A DNA stretch of 64,000 nt, taken from the NCBI GenBank assembly GCA_950097015.1, contig CATNEN010000034.1, forward strand, positions 3,038,001-3,102,000, written 5' to 3'. The notes under the pieces are model-generated. The model ran no database searches. It worked only from the letters and a program-made list of their open reading frames with translations, and had not been told where the DNA came from. The position numbers and the translations under genes are program-made. Positions 22,651 through 35,951 of the stretch are shown one piece after another (the first letter of the stretch is position 1; each line of letters opens with the position of its first letter). The stretch comes from Macrostomum hystrix (taxonomy: Eukaryota; Animalia; Platyhelminthes).

Positions 22651-23236
22651 TGCTGAAAGCGGGAGGAGGGTGAGCGGTGACTCACAAGAATAGAGAAAAG
22701 AATAAAAAGAAGCCGCTAAAGAACGGACTACTCCCCGGCCAAGCGCCCTTCGGCACGGCGTGACCTTGGGCCTTAGAGGGCGGCAGAAAGCAGTGCCAGA
22801 CCCGCAGGTAATCCGCGTACCCTGTTAAGGTCAAAGGGGGATTCCTTTCCCTCAGAGCCGTAGCCAGAGGTACCTGATCACTCACAGGTGCACGAGCGCT
22901 GCGGACTGGCCGCATACCCTGTTAAGGTCAAAGGGTGACACCTTTCCCTCCAGCCAGGTAGAGGTACCCAGTTTGGCCAGAGGCCCTGGATGGGTCATCC
23001 AGCGCTGTTGCCCATTCTGTCCGGCTGCCCTAGGGTCAGCCTTGAACACTCGCGGGACGTGTACCCATGGGTCAGCTGACGGGAAAGCGTGGAGGGATTC
23101 CTGCACCCGAAGGCACAGGTCTCCTTCCTGCCCGGCCTGCTCAAGAAACGACTGCAGGTGTGAGGCATCGCAGACCTTAGCCCGTGAGCGTGGACTGACT
23201 CATACCTCACAGGCGTTGCGTCCCGCCGGTGCGAGC

Positions 23237-24075
23237 ACCCCCACCGCTTCTTCATGGGTTCTACCCTCCATGGGTTCTACCCCCACCGCTTATTCGAGGG
23301 TTCTACCTCCATGGGTTCTACCCCCACCGCTTATTCGAGGGTTCTACCTCCATGGGTTCTACCCCCACCGCTTCTTCATGGGTTCTACCCTCCATGGGTT
23401 CTACCCCCACTGCTTCTTCAAGGGTTCTACCCCCACCGCTTCTTTAAGGGTTCTACCCCCACCGCTTATTCGAGGGTTCTACCCCACCGCTTCTTCATGG
23501 GTTCTACCCTCCATGGGTTCTACCCCCACCGCTTCTTCAAGGGTTCTACCCCCACCGCTTCTTTAAGGGTTCTACCCCCACCGCTTCTTCAAGGGTTCTA
23601 CCCCCACCGCTTCTTCGTGGGTTCTACCCCCCATGGGTTCTACCCCAACCGCTTATTCAAGGGTTCTACCTCCATCGCATATTCGAGGGTTCTACCCCAC
23701 CGCTTCTTCATGGGTTCTACCCTCCATGGGTTCTACCCGCACCGCTTCTTCAAGGGTTCTACCTCCACCGCTTATTCGAGGGTTCTACCCCACCGCTTCT
23801 TCATGGGTTCTACCCTCCATGGGTTCTACCCCCACCGCTTCTTCAAGGGTTCTACCCCCACCGCTTCTTCAAGGGTTCTACCCCCACCGCTTCTTCAAGG
23901 GTTCTACCCCCACCGCTTCTTCAAGGGTTCTACCCCCACCGCTTCTTCGTGGGTTCTACTCCCCATGGGTTCTACCCCAACCGCTTATTCAAGGGTTCTA
24001 CCTCCATCGCATATTCGAGGGTTCTACCCCACCGCTTATTCAAGGGTTCTACCCCCACCGCGTCATCAGGGTTTT
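23237..24075. repeat. 26-bp minisatellite GGGTTCTACCCCCACCGCTTCTTCAA, right part
   Basis: Tandem units related to 19525-20291. Confidence 0.92.
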
Positions 24076-26498
24076 TACCCCCGAAGCTTTCAGTTGTCCT
24101 TCCGACCCACTGTAACTTTAGCGAAGGCTAAGTTTTACAAAGTTTCATTGAACTATATCAAAAGAGAAGACTTAACGTGGTTGGCATTTTAGGAAATTAC
24201 TTGTATTATACCTACAAAAAGTGATTATAGATCTTTCGGTAATAAAATCGAGGCGAGAATTCTGCTAAAATTGTCTGCAACAGCACCGGATAGCTAAGAC
24301 GGCAGAAGCAGCAAGTAATGCAACACTCTCCCACACTTCCCTGTGAATTTGAAAACTAATGCGGGGGGGCTGGCTAAACAGAGCGGCCAAAAATGATAAT
24401 CAAATAGCTACTTGGTTACCTGCGACCTGCGTTTTTCTCACACAAAAGCATGCGAATGTTGCCAATGCGAATCTTAATACCGATAGAATAGCTGGCACCA
24501 TGGAAGCACACAACGGCACTCCCCTCCCCTCTCTCGGAAGCAGATCTGGTGTCAGCAATGGCGGACTAAAGCAGCAGTCGGTGCTTAGAACCAACACAGA
24601 AATTCTCGCATTTCCAGCCACTCCTAGGCCACCCAGCCCCTTCTCTCTCTCTCAGTCTGTTCTACTTAATTTCTAGGGAAAGCAATTTGACACCGAAGGC
24701 CGCTATAAAGGGTGTGTGTCGGGTAGTGGGGTTTGTCATTGCAGAGGGCGCCATCACCCACCCCATACGGATTGGGTTCCTGCAATGGAATCCAATCCAG
24801 GCATTCTTCTCCTATTTCCAGTCAGTTTCGTTAAAAGCGAGACCAATTTTTGTTATGCTCTCTATTCAACGATTTCAAAACGAATATTTATTAAGGACGG
24901 TTTGGGGAAACGAAATTCAATTGTGAATCGGACTTCTTTTCGAAAAAAAATCATCAAAATCCACGATTCGGTGATTTGATTTCGACCGAGAGGTCGCAAG
25001 TTCGAGTCGCATCTCATCTCAAGAGAGAAACAATTTATTTAATGAAACACTTTTATTATTATTGCCTCCTCACTGGCTGCCACTGCCCACAGCCAATTTT
25101 GCTAATATTCGCATTACAATTACAATCGTAAAAGTTATTTAATCCAATAGGGATTCAATATTCGTTGCCGCTATATGGAAAGAATTAAAATATAGAGATT
25201 CCTTAAACTCCGATCTACGCACTGATACGAAATGCCGAATAAAAGCCTACTACCCTAAGCATCTGTAATCAAGGAAGAGAGGGTCCTTCAATCTAGATAA
25301 GCCCATTTTAAAATCCGCAAGCATATTCAGTTGTCAGGGCTGGGTTATGCGCAAAATAAGCTTTCAGTGTTTGGGCACCTCCCTCTGCCTGCGGAGGTGA
25401 GTCGGTGTGCACGAGGGGAGAGACACGGGGTTGCCCCCTGGCCCACCCCCTCCGGCCCGGATCAGGTGACAACCCCCTCCGAGTGCGGTCTTTGAAGGAG
25501 ATCTCAAATTTCTGGTGGACGCCCGCCCCAACCGGCGCTGCCGCCAGCCCCCGCACATCAGCAACTATAATATCCCATTGGCGCATTGGTGGGCCTCACA
25601 CCCGCCCCTGCGCACCCCTTTTGTTTTCCTTGGGTTCTCCAGTTTCCTGGAGAGGATGAGGGCACGATCGCTCCTTCTCGTCTATCTCCCCACACAGCCC
25701 TCACCCGGAGGTGAGGGGTAACTCGAGGGTGCTGAGGAGAGAAAAGTAATTTGAGCCGGCGAGGAGAAAGTTGAGACGCTGTGTTGGAAAGGCACGCAGA
25801 GTGAGGGCTAGGGACTGAGAGCTGGAGGACAAGGTCCTGAGACAGAGATTCGGCAGTGTAAAAATGCTGCTGCTGCTGCTGCTGCTGCTGCCTGGCTAGC
25901 TGTAAAGAAACACTAGTTAAAGCCTTTCCAAATTTCCGCAAGATTCTATAGAAATGGAAAAGAAATTTATTTAATTGCCACGGTGCGAAAATAAGCTAGC
26001 TTGAACAGAAGAAATTGTTGACGGAGAAAAATACATTTTTACATTTTTACCAGATTTTTAGCTGAACAGATAATTTCTCTTCAGCTTGTCTCCGGTGACA
26101 AAGGTGAACTAGCGGCAACAGCTTCTCCCCAAAATTTCCCCCACTCTCTCTAGATCCAATTTTGGGCCAATTTAGTCTGCCGAATTTTTATCGTCAAAGC
26201 CAGTGCTATTCCCAAATTGGTGCGTCAGTCGATGATTTAAACAAAGCGGCCCTGTTTATAGACTTCTGTTACGAGCGGCAGCGAAATGCGAAAGATAATT
26301 GGGCAATAAAAATGATTGCCTCCGAGACTTCCACGGTAGGACATGGGGGATGAGTGGGAAGAGAGGGAGAAGGGAGGTGCGCCTGTCGGGGATAAATACT
26401 GGGAGTGTGGCTGCACTGGCCCCTCACACCTAGCTAATCGCATCCTTAATAATAATCCCCAAATCACTTTCTTTAACTAGCAAGACGACGTCAGCTCC

Positions 26499-28511
26499 AT
26501 GAAGACACTTAACACTAGCAGCAGCAGCAACAGCAACCCCGAGCCGATACAGCAGCAGCAGCAGCAGGTGTCACCATCACGCAGCGAGGCTTCAATATGC
26601 TCCGTTGGCAATGGACCGACTGTGGCGTCGACGGACGCGACGGCAAGCGAAGCCGCTGCGGCCGATGCTCTTGTGAAATTCTGTCACTGGTGTCACCAGC
26701 GGCGCAGTGGCCTGCAGTTTTCCATCGAGACTGAGCAGGGCGGCATGCAGCGCTTCTGCTCGGAGAAGTGCTTCCTGTCGTCTCGACGGGCCGTGTTCAA
26801 GAGCCAGGCCATCTGCGACTGGTGCAAGAAGGCCCGGCAGCAGACTGTCAGCGTTGGATATGCCGACAACGAGCGCCTGCTCTTCTGCGGCGAAGACTGT
26901 GTGCGATGTTTTCGCAAGAACATTCGCAAGATCGCCTTGCAGGAGGTTGTAGAGGGTCAGCAGCAGCAGCAGCAGCAGCAGACGACACTGCCGCTGCCGC
27001 TGCCGCCGCCCCCGTTGCATCTGCCACCGTCCCGGCCGCTGACGGGAGACGAGATCGAGGAGGGCGTCGGAGGCAGCCCTCTGGTTCTGCTGCGCTCCGG
27101 TGGCCCTGGACCCGTGGCGAGCGCGGCGGCGGCTTCCAGCAGTCGCGTCCGCAGGTCGGCAAACATCGCTGCCTTTGCGGCCGGAGCGGCCAACAGCAGC
27201 CGCAGGTCAGGGTCAGCGCATTCCTCAGTCGAATTGGAACACAATGGGCACCACGCGAATCATCACCAGCTGCCGAATCATCACAATGCCCATCATCTGC
27301 ATGCTACCGTGCAACAGCAGCCGCTGCCGCCACCACCGCCACCGCCTCAGCCGTCAGCAGAGATGCTGCGGCATCTCTGGTTGAGCGCTTTGGTAGCTGG
27401 CAGCGGAGGCGGCGGCGGCTGTGGCGGCGGAGGCGGCCCCGGTGCCGGCGGCGGTGTGGGCGTCTGCCCTCCGATGCTCGACGGCTACCTGCTGCCGCAC
27501 CCGCTACACGGCTGCCTGCCGACAGACCCGACAGCCGGCGCGGCCGCGGCTCTTCTGGCCTCTCGACGGCTGGCCAGCGCGGCGGCCGCAGCCGCGGCGG
27601 CAGCGGCAGCGTCTTCGACGCCGTCAGGTTCGGAGAATCTCAGCCGGCCAGATCCGGTGTCGCACGCCTTGCCGCCTCCGCAGCCCCAGCCTCCGCAGTT
27701 CGAGCTTCGACAGCCGTCGCATCAGCCGCCACCATCTCTTCAGTCGCAGCAAGCTTCTGCCCAGCCTCTGTCGCCGTCAAATTTTTCCATAGACGGCGCC
27801 GTATTTGTTCCCCGTTTGACCCTGATTCCCGTGCCATTTCCGCTGCCGATCCCCATACCGGTATTCAAGGAGGCGCCGGAGATTCTGCGCATCCTCAGCG
27901 ACCACGGCTGGCATCCGGCAAGCGCTTGTGGCAGGTCGGCGGGATCAGCGTCTGGCGGAGCTGCTCAGACGGACAACCTAAAGCGCTACTGTCTGGACTT
28001 GGACTCGAAGCTACCAGCCGTTGCCAACGCCGCAGTCGCCGACGCCGCAACATCAGCAGCCGCATCGTCTGCAGGAGTGTCCGCCTCGCCCTCGCTGGCT
28101 ATGGACTTGTCCATGCCAAAGCCAACTGGCCAAGACGAAGCGAATCTGGAGGTCTACGGACAGCCGCCGTTGTCAGCTCTCGCCGGTCAGAATGGCGACG
28201 AGCATCAGTGGTCTTCAGCCGAGGACTATATTAGGCGAAGACGGCGTCAGATATACGAGCAGAAAAATGACATTGTTGCCGCGGGCGGAGGCGACTGCGG
28301 CGGTAGTAGCGGAGGACCCCTGCCCGTATCGAAGATTCAAGCCATCAGGGACAAGTATCGGCTGGGTCAGGCGGCCGTCCGCCAAGCTACCGCTGGTGCT
28401 GGACGCAAGTGCGTTAAGCCGAAGCCGAAACAGCAGCAGCAGCAGCAGCGCGCGGAGTCGGCCTCAGCGAGATCTTCGCCAATGTCCCCAAAAGCCGGGG
28501 CGTCTATCTAA
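26499..28511 (+). CDS. Sobp: Sine oculis-binding protein homolog (two FCS-type zinc fingers, Pro-rich)
   Basis: CHWC...FCSEKCFLSSRRAVFK and ICDWCK...LLFCGEDC match the SOBP zinc-finger pair; the LIPVPFPLPIPIP box is present. Acceptor TAG| at 26480 is in phase, so an upstream exon is possible (e.g. 26312-26335). AATAAA at ~28536 and ~28566. Confidence 0.85.
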   Translation: MKTLNTSSSSNSNPEPIQQQQQQVSPSRSEASICSVGNGPTVASTDATASEAAAADALVKFCHWCHQRRSGLQFSIETEQGGMQRFCSEKCFLSSRRAVFKSQAICDWCKKARQQTVSVGYADNERLLFCGEDCVRCFRKNIRKIALQEVVEGQQQQQQQQTTLPLPLPPPPLHLPPSRPLTGDEIEEGVGGSPLVLLRSGGPGPVASAAAASSSRVRRSANIAAFAAGAANSSRRSGSAHSSVELEHNGHHANHHQLPNHHNAHHLHATVQQQPLPPPPPPPQPSAEMLRHLWLSALVAGSGGGGGCGGGGGPGAGGGVGVCPPMLDGYLLPHPLHGCLPTDPTAGAAAALLASRRLASAAAAAAAAAAASSTPSGSENLSRPDPVSHALPPPQPQPPQFELRQPSHQPPPSLQSQQASAQPLSPSNFSIDGAVFVPRLTLIPVPFPLPIPIPVFKEAPEILRILSDHGWHPASACGRSAGSASGGAAQTDNLKRYCLDLDSKLPAVANAAVADAATSAAASSAGVSASPSLAMDLSMPKPTGQDEANLEVYGQPPLSALAGQNGDEHQWSSAEDYIRRRRRQIYEQKNDIVAAGGGDCGGSSGGPLPVSKIQAIRDKYRLGQAAVRQATAGAGRKCVKPKPKQQQQQQRAESASARSSPMSPKAGASI

Positions 28512-29369
28512 AAACAGTTTTTTCAATTGCAACAAAATAAATTACATTTTGATCTGTAAACCAAAATAAATTACTGGAGTGGCTCTTCTAGTCCATTGTC
28601 CTTTGTGTTGTAAAACTGCATGGTTCGTCTGATGATAAACTATCGACCTGAATTTCTCTCCAAATATTATCGTTTCCAAAGTGTTTGTCTGCATGCATTC
28701 CAACGCAAATGATTGTCCTTCAGTTGTCTCGTTTCGTTTCGTGTCCGTGTCCCCGTTGCGCAGATTTTGGTCTGGTCAGGTAAATATTAACAAGCTGTGT
28801 AAAACTTGCCAATCAGTCGTGCACTACCCGCCTACCTGCCTGTCGCGTGTTAACTGTGCAAATCAGATTATTTTATTCGTTTTATTGGTAATTGAAGCTT
28901 TTTTACCAAGTGATGTTGTGTAAATTTCTGGCAAACTTTTTAAGTGATCATGTGTTGTTTCTGTAAATCTGTAATTCCCGACATAAGCTGTCAAACGGCA
29001 AAGCTGACGGACGGAAGTGCATCGGATTTTTTATGATTTATTCTAGAGATCATAAGTGGACTGTTTTCTTATAATAAAACGACAGCAGCTGTTAATAAAC
29101 TGTTACATAAATTGTGTCAGCTTATATACCTCAATCAAAGGTGTTTCTTATTTTGTTATTTTAATGACGGCGACAACAAAGCAGGAGTTTGTCGTAACAT
29201 TCCATGTTCCAAAGACTACATCCTCACGCCAGTCAACTTCTGATTGGCTGATGCAAGTACATATCTTTAGTTAATTCCTTGCAATAATTAAATGCGACCT
29301 TAATGCGATTTATTAAGGTCGAAAGGAATCCAACGCATATAATGGAGCTAAAGATGCAATGGAACTTTT

Positions 29370-29530
29370 ACCCCATTGGTAAAAACTTCGGATTTCTGAC
29401 CAAGAGGTCGGAAGTTCGTATCCCAGGTTAATGGAGACAATTTCTGTCCTGAAAAATGAATTCCAGTTTTGGCTGAAATATAAATTTCCAGTGGTTTTTT
29501 GTCCATCGACTGAACAGCTGTACACATCCT
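29370..29530 (+). mobile_element. Degenerate SINE family 1 copy C
   Basis: B-box-like GTTCGTATCC, GGAGACAATTTCTGTCCT and GTCCATCGACTGAACAGCTGTACA align to copy B. Confidence 0.5.
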
Positions 29531-29554
29531 TTGGAATAGCTGCCGCCGTTCTAA

Positions 29555-29875
29555 CAGGCCAAGTGCATTTTCTAATGCGTTTGCCTCTCGCACCGAGGTC
29601 CCTGAGCTCGATTCCGCGGCGAGGCCACATTCATTTGGGGCGCAGCCGCGGAGAGAAGACTTGGTGGCTTGTCGTAGAATTTACGCCCTTGAGAGCCAAC
29701 CGGCCAACCTCCAAGCACAGTGAGTGTACACTGCCTGACGATGAGAAAGACAGGGCAGATGTACACACCTGTGAGTGTGTGCTCAGGAGTCAGCAGAAAT
29801 GTACAGAATTGCCTTCTCGCTGGCTGCGGGTCTAGTGCCACCAAATAGTTTGCCAGTGCTCACAGCCCTCGTTTA
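29555..29875 (+). mobile_element. SINE family 2 copy B (no MITE; empty site GTCTAGTG at 29830-29837)
   Basis: Colinear with 14390-14690 plus 15286-15330. Confidence 0.72.
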
Positions 29876-30514
29876 ACAATCATTACTGTTGCTATTCGCA
29901 ATTACTAATGATAAAGTACTCAATTTTAGATCCTTAGGCGATTTTAGTTTTAGCCGAAGAGATATTTTGAAGGCAGATTTCTTGGAAGCGAAGCATCTGC
30001 AGCGTCTGCATGCAAAGCGAAGAGAAGAGAAACAAGCAACCTTGGACGCAATCAACAGCTGGCAACCCGGCGGCGACTGCCTCGGGTCTTTTGCGCAGGT
30101 CGGCCGGCTGAATAACTCAGATTGGAACAGGGGGGAGGGGAGGCAGCTCAAATGTCAAGCCAGCTGAGAGAGGCCATAGCAGCAGTCAGAGCGGGCACTG
30201 TCCTATCCATCGGCCTCTACCGCAGCCATCCACCTCTTTCCTTTAAGTTCGGCTCCGTTGGAAACTTGAGAATCGGATTTTCGCTTCTCGGCCAGCGGGC
30301 GGCAATGGCAGCCTTGAAGAGAAAGTAGAACAGATTGCCGCATAGGAGGAGGCGAGACTTCTCGACATGAGAGGGGTTAGGGGGGTGGAATCATGTGGGA
30401 AACAAGAGTAGGTTGATAGCTGAGCACAAGTTATCCGTTTAGCACTGAGTCAACTTTTGTTAATTTCCAAACATTCGATTACTTTAAGCTTCTGTAACAA
30501 ACAGGTGAGCTTGA

Positions 30515-30645
30515 ACGCGTTGGCCAAAGGGCTTCAAACTCCTGACAGGGAGGTCAAGAGTTCGAGTCATAGCCCAAGAGAATAAGAAAATTAATTTTGC
30601 ACCGGCTGTGGGCACTCTCACACAGGTGTGTACCCACTGCCCCTA
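30515..30645. mobile_element. SINE fragments (tRNA-like head on +, family-2 piece on -)
   Basis: GAGTTCGAGTC B-box-like motif; the reverse complement GGGCAGTGGGTACACACCTGTGTGAG...GCCCACAGC matches family 2. Confidence 0.35.
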
Positions 30646-30872
30646 ATTCACGACAGTCCAATGTACAGTCCAAACAGCTGAGCTATTTATTCATATGACA
30701 GACAAATATTAAGGCAGGTAGATGTTTTTTGAGAAATACAAAAATAAAAAGAATTATGTAATCATAAAACTACAAAAATGTGATACCAAACAGATGCACA
30801 TCTATTAACGAAAATCAAACACAAAAGCTATCAATCTTGGAGGAGGTGCCGGATTAAAGCACTGTTATTACA

Positions 30873-31700
30873 AATGACACTTCAAACGACATCAGGGCTA
30901 CTGAAAATGACACTTCAGATGACATCAGGGCTACTGGAAATGACACTTCAGATGACATCAGGGCTACTGGAAATGACACTTCAGATGACATCAGGGCTAC
31001 TGAAAATGACACTTCAGATGACATCAGGGCTACTGGAAATGACACTTCAGATGACATCAGGGCTACTGGAAATGACACTTCAGATGACATCAGGGCTACT
31101 GAAAATGACACTTCAGATGACATCAGGGCTACTGGAAATGACACTTCAGATGACATCAGGGCTACTGAAAATGACACTTCAGATGACATCAGGGCTACTG
31201 GAAATGACACTTCAGATGAGATCAGGGCTTCAAGAAATGACACTTCAGATGACATCAGGGCTTCAAGAAATGACACTTCAGATGACATCAGGGCTACTGG
31301 AAATGACACTTCAGATGACATCAGGGCTTCAAGAAATGACACTTCAGATGACATCAGGGCTTCAAGAAATGGCACTTCAGATGACATCAGGGCTTCAAGA
31401 AATGACACTTCAGATGACATCAGGGCTTCAAGAAATGACACTTCAGATGACATCAGGGCTACTGGAAATGACACTTCAGATGACATCAGGGCTTCAAGAA
31501 ATGACACTTCAGATGACATCAGGGCTTCAAGAAATGACACTTCAGATGACATCAGGGCTACTGGAAATGACACTTCAGATGACATCAGGGCTTCAAGAAA
31601 TGACACTTCAGATGACATCTGGGTTTTGCAAATGAACCGTTAGATGACATCAGGACTACTAGAAATGACATCTCAGATGACATCAGGGCCTTTTAAAATG
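30873..31700. repeat. 30-bp minisatellite GAAATGACACTTCAGATGACATCAGGGCT(ACTG/TCAA)
   Basis: Tandem units; source of the MTLQMTSGLL ORFs. Confidence 0.95.
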
Positions 31701-31804
31701 ACAATTCAGATGACATCACAGTTTATTGAATGAGCTCATGATCGTTAGAAATGATGTTTGTTTAAAGGTATTAAGAATTCTAATTGGAAACTCGAAATGC
31801 AGCT

Positions 31805-34237
<2,433 letters not shown>

Positions 34238-34349
34238 CTGCGGGTTTTGAGTTGGTCCAACCAGACCCTGCTTCTAAAGATGGCATTCGAATTTGTTATA
34301 TGCGACTTTGTCTATCAGATACTGGAAACGGCACTTACTCCTTCAGATT

Positions 34350-34640
34350 AGGAAATGGCACTTTGTCAACCAGAGATTGGAAATGGCACTTTGTCTGTCA
34401 GAGATTGGAAATGGCACTTTGTCTGTCAGAGATTGGAAATGGCACTTTGTCTGTCAGAGATTGGAAATGGCACTTTGTCTGTCAAAGATTGGAAATGGCA
34501 CTTTGTCAACCAGAGATTGGAAATGGCACTTTGTCAACCAGAGATTGGAAATGGCACTTTGTCTGTCAGAGATTGGAAATGGCACTTTGTCTGTCAGAGA
34601 TTGGAAATGGCACTTTGTCTGTCAGAGATTGGAAATGACA
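34350..34640. repeat. 28-bp minisatellite GAGATTGGAAATGGCACTTTGTCTGTCA
   Basis: Tandem units upstream of the OXSM acceptor. Confidence 0.92.
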
Positions 34641-35254
34641 CTTTCTCGATCAGAGATCCCACAAATTCGCCCTTGATTTAACACAAAACGATATTCAAAG
34701 CCCAATTTTTTAGAACAAATGTAAAATTAAAGTGAAAAGTAAAAAATGTAACAATTTGTTTTAAAAAATAAAACTGAAGATCATAGAAACTGAGATAAGC
34801 GATTTCTTTTTTCATTGGCAAAAAACAGTAAATTTTTTATACAATTTTTTCGGGTGCATGAAATTGTTTGGCAATTTTATTTTTATTTAATTTTTTCGTC
34901 TTTAAAAAGGAGGTAAAATGCTTTCTTCGGAGTGGAACGGAGTAAGGAGAGAGGCAGAACAGGTGATTTAGACTGCAAATCGATTGGGCAATTTAGTTGA
35001 TAAAATTGGGCCAAAAAATTCCCGCTTCAGTGGGACAAAAATGCAGCGAATTTCGATTACGCCGAAATGCAAACAGGCGACAGGGCAATTTTCTCAAGGA
35101 CAAAAAATACTGGGACAGCAGTTGTTCGACATTCGACAACTAACAGCAAAGCTCTAAATCAGCTGAGGATCTAAAGATGCTCAGCGTTTAGCAAAGACTG
35201 GAAGGTGACAAGAACCAACAACAGGATTATTGGATTTGGGATTTAAGGAGAGTT

Positions 35255-35765
35255 TCGTAGGATTAACTTGTGGATTTGGGGGATATTTTGGTAGGATAAC
35301 TTGGGGATTTGGGGGATATTTTGGCAGGATTAACTTGGGGATTTAGGGGTAATGTTGGTAGGATAACTTGGGGATTTGGGGGATATTTTGGTAGGATAAC
35401 TTGGGGATTTGGGGGATATTTTGGCAGGATTAACTTGGGGATTTAGGGGTAATTTTGGTAGGATAACTTGGGGATTTGGGGGATATTTTGGTAGGATAAC
35501 TTGGGGATTTGGGGGATATTTTGGCAGGATTAACTTGGGGATTTAGGGGCAATTTTGGTAGGATAACTTGGGGATTTGGGGGATATTTTGGCAGGATTAA
35601 CTTGGGGATTTGGGGGGATATTTTGGCAGGATTAACTTGGGGATTTGGGGATATTTTGGCAGGATTAACTTGGGGATTTGGGGGGATATTTTGGCAGGAT
35701 TAACTTGGGGATTTGGGGGATATTTTGGCACGATTAACTTGTGAATTTGGGGATATTTTGCAGGA
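35255..35765. repeat. 33/34-bp minisatellite TTGGGGATTTGGGGGATATTTTGGCAGGATTAAC
   Basis: Tandem units between RAD54B and OXSM. Confidence 0.92.
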
Positions 35766-35951
35766 TTTGCTTGTCGATTAGAAGAGAGTTTGAAAGGATT
35801 CATATTTTATACGATAAGACTTCGGAAAGAGTTTAATGAGATCTGGGGAGATTTCAGTAATGGTAGTATGGGATCTGGGAAGATTCAACTATAATCCAAA
35901 ATTTGGTCAATAAATTAAACTAATAGCAACAGTAAGTTATTAGTGCTCAAA

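Larger units (their letters stand above)
20292..23236 (-). mobile_element. Non-LTR retrotransposon, LOA/I-group-like, lacking endonuclease and RT
   Basis: TSD ACCCCCACCGC at 20281-20291 and 23237-23247; short A tail (T6 at 20292-20297); intact ORF1; RNase H and CCHC remnants of ORF2. Confidence 0.85.

Noticed and set aside
23100-23236. HDV-like ribozyme at the retroposon 5' end (TCCACGC loop, GGCTAA)
   Set aside because: I could not form P3, P1 and P4 in the required order by eye. A covariance-model search could revisit this.
24965-25015. tRNA-like fragment with GTTCGAGTC
   Set aside because: Too short and degenerate to assign; probably a SINE head remnant.
29889-30370. Possible THAP/transposase remnant (LKFPTEPNL...RWMAAV on the minus strand)
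   Set aside because: Requires frameshifts and lacks the C2CH ligands.
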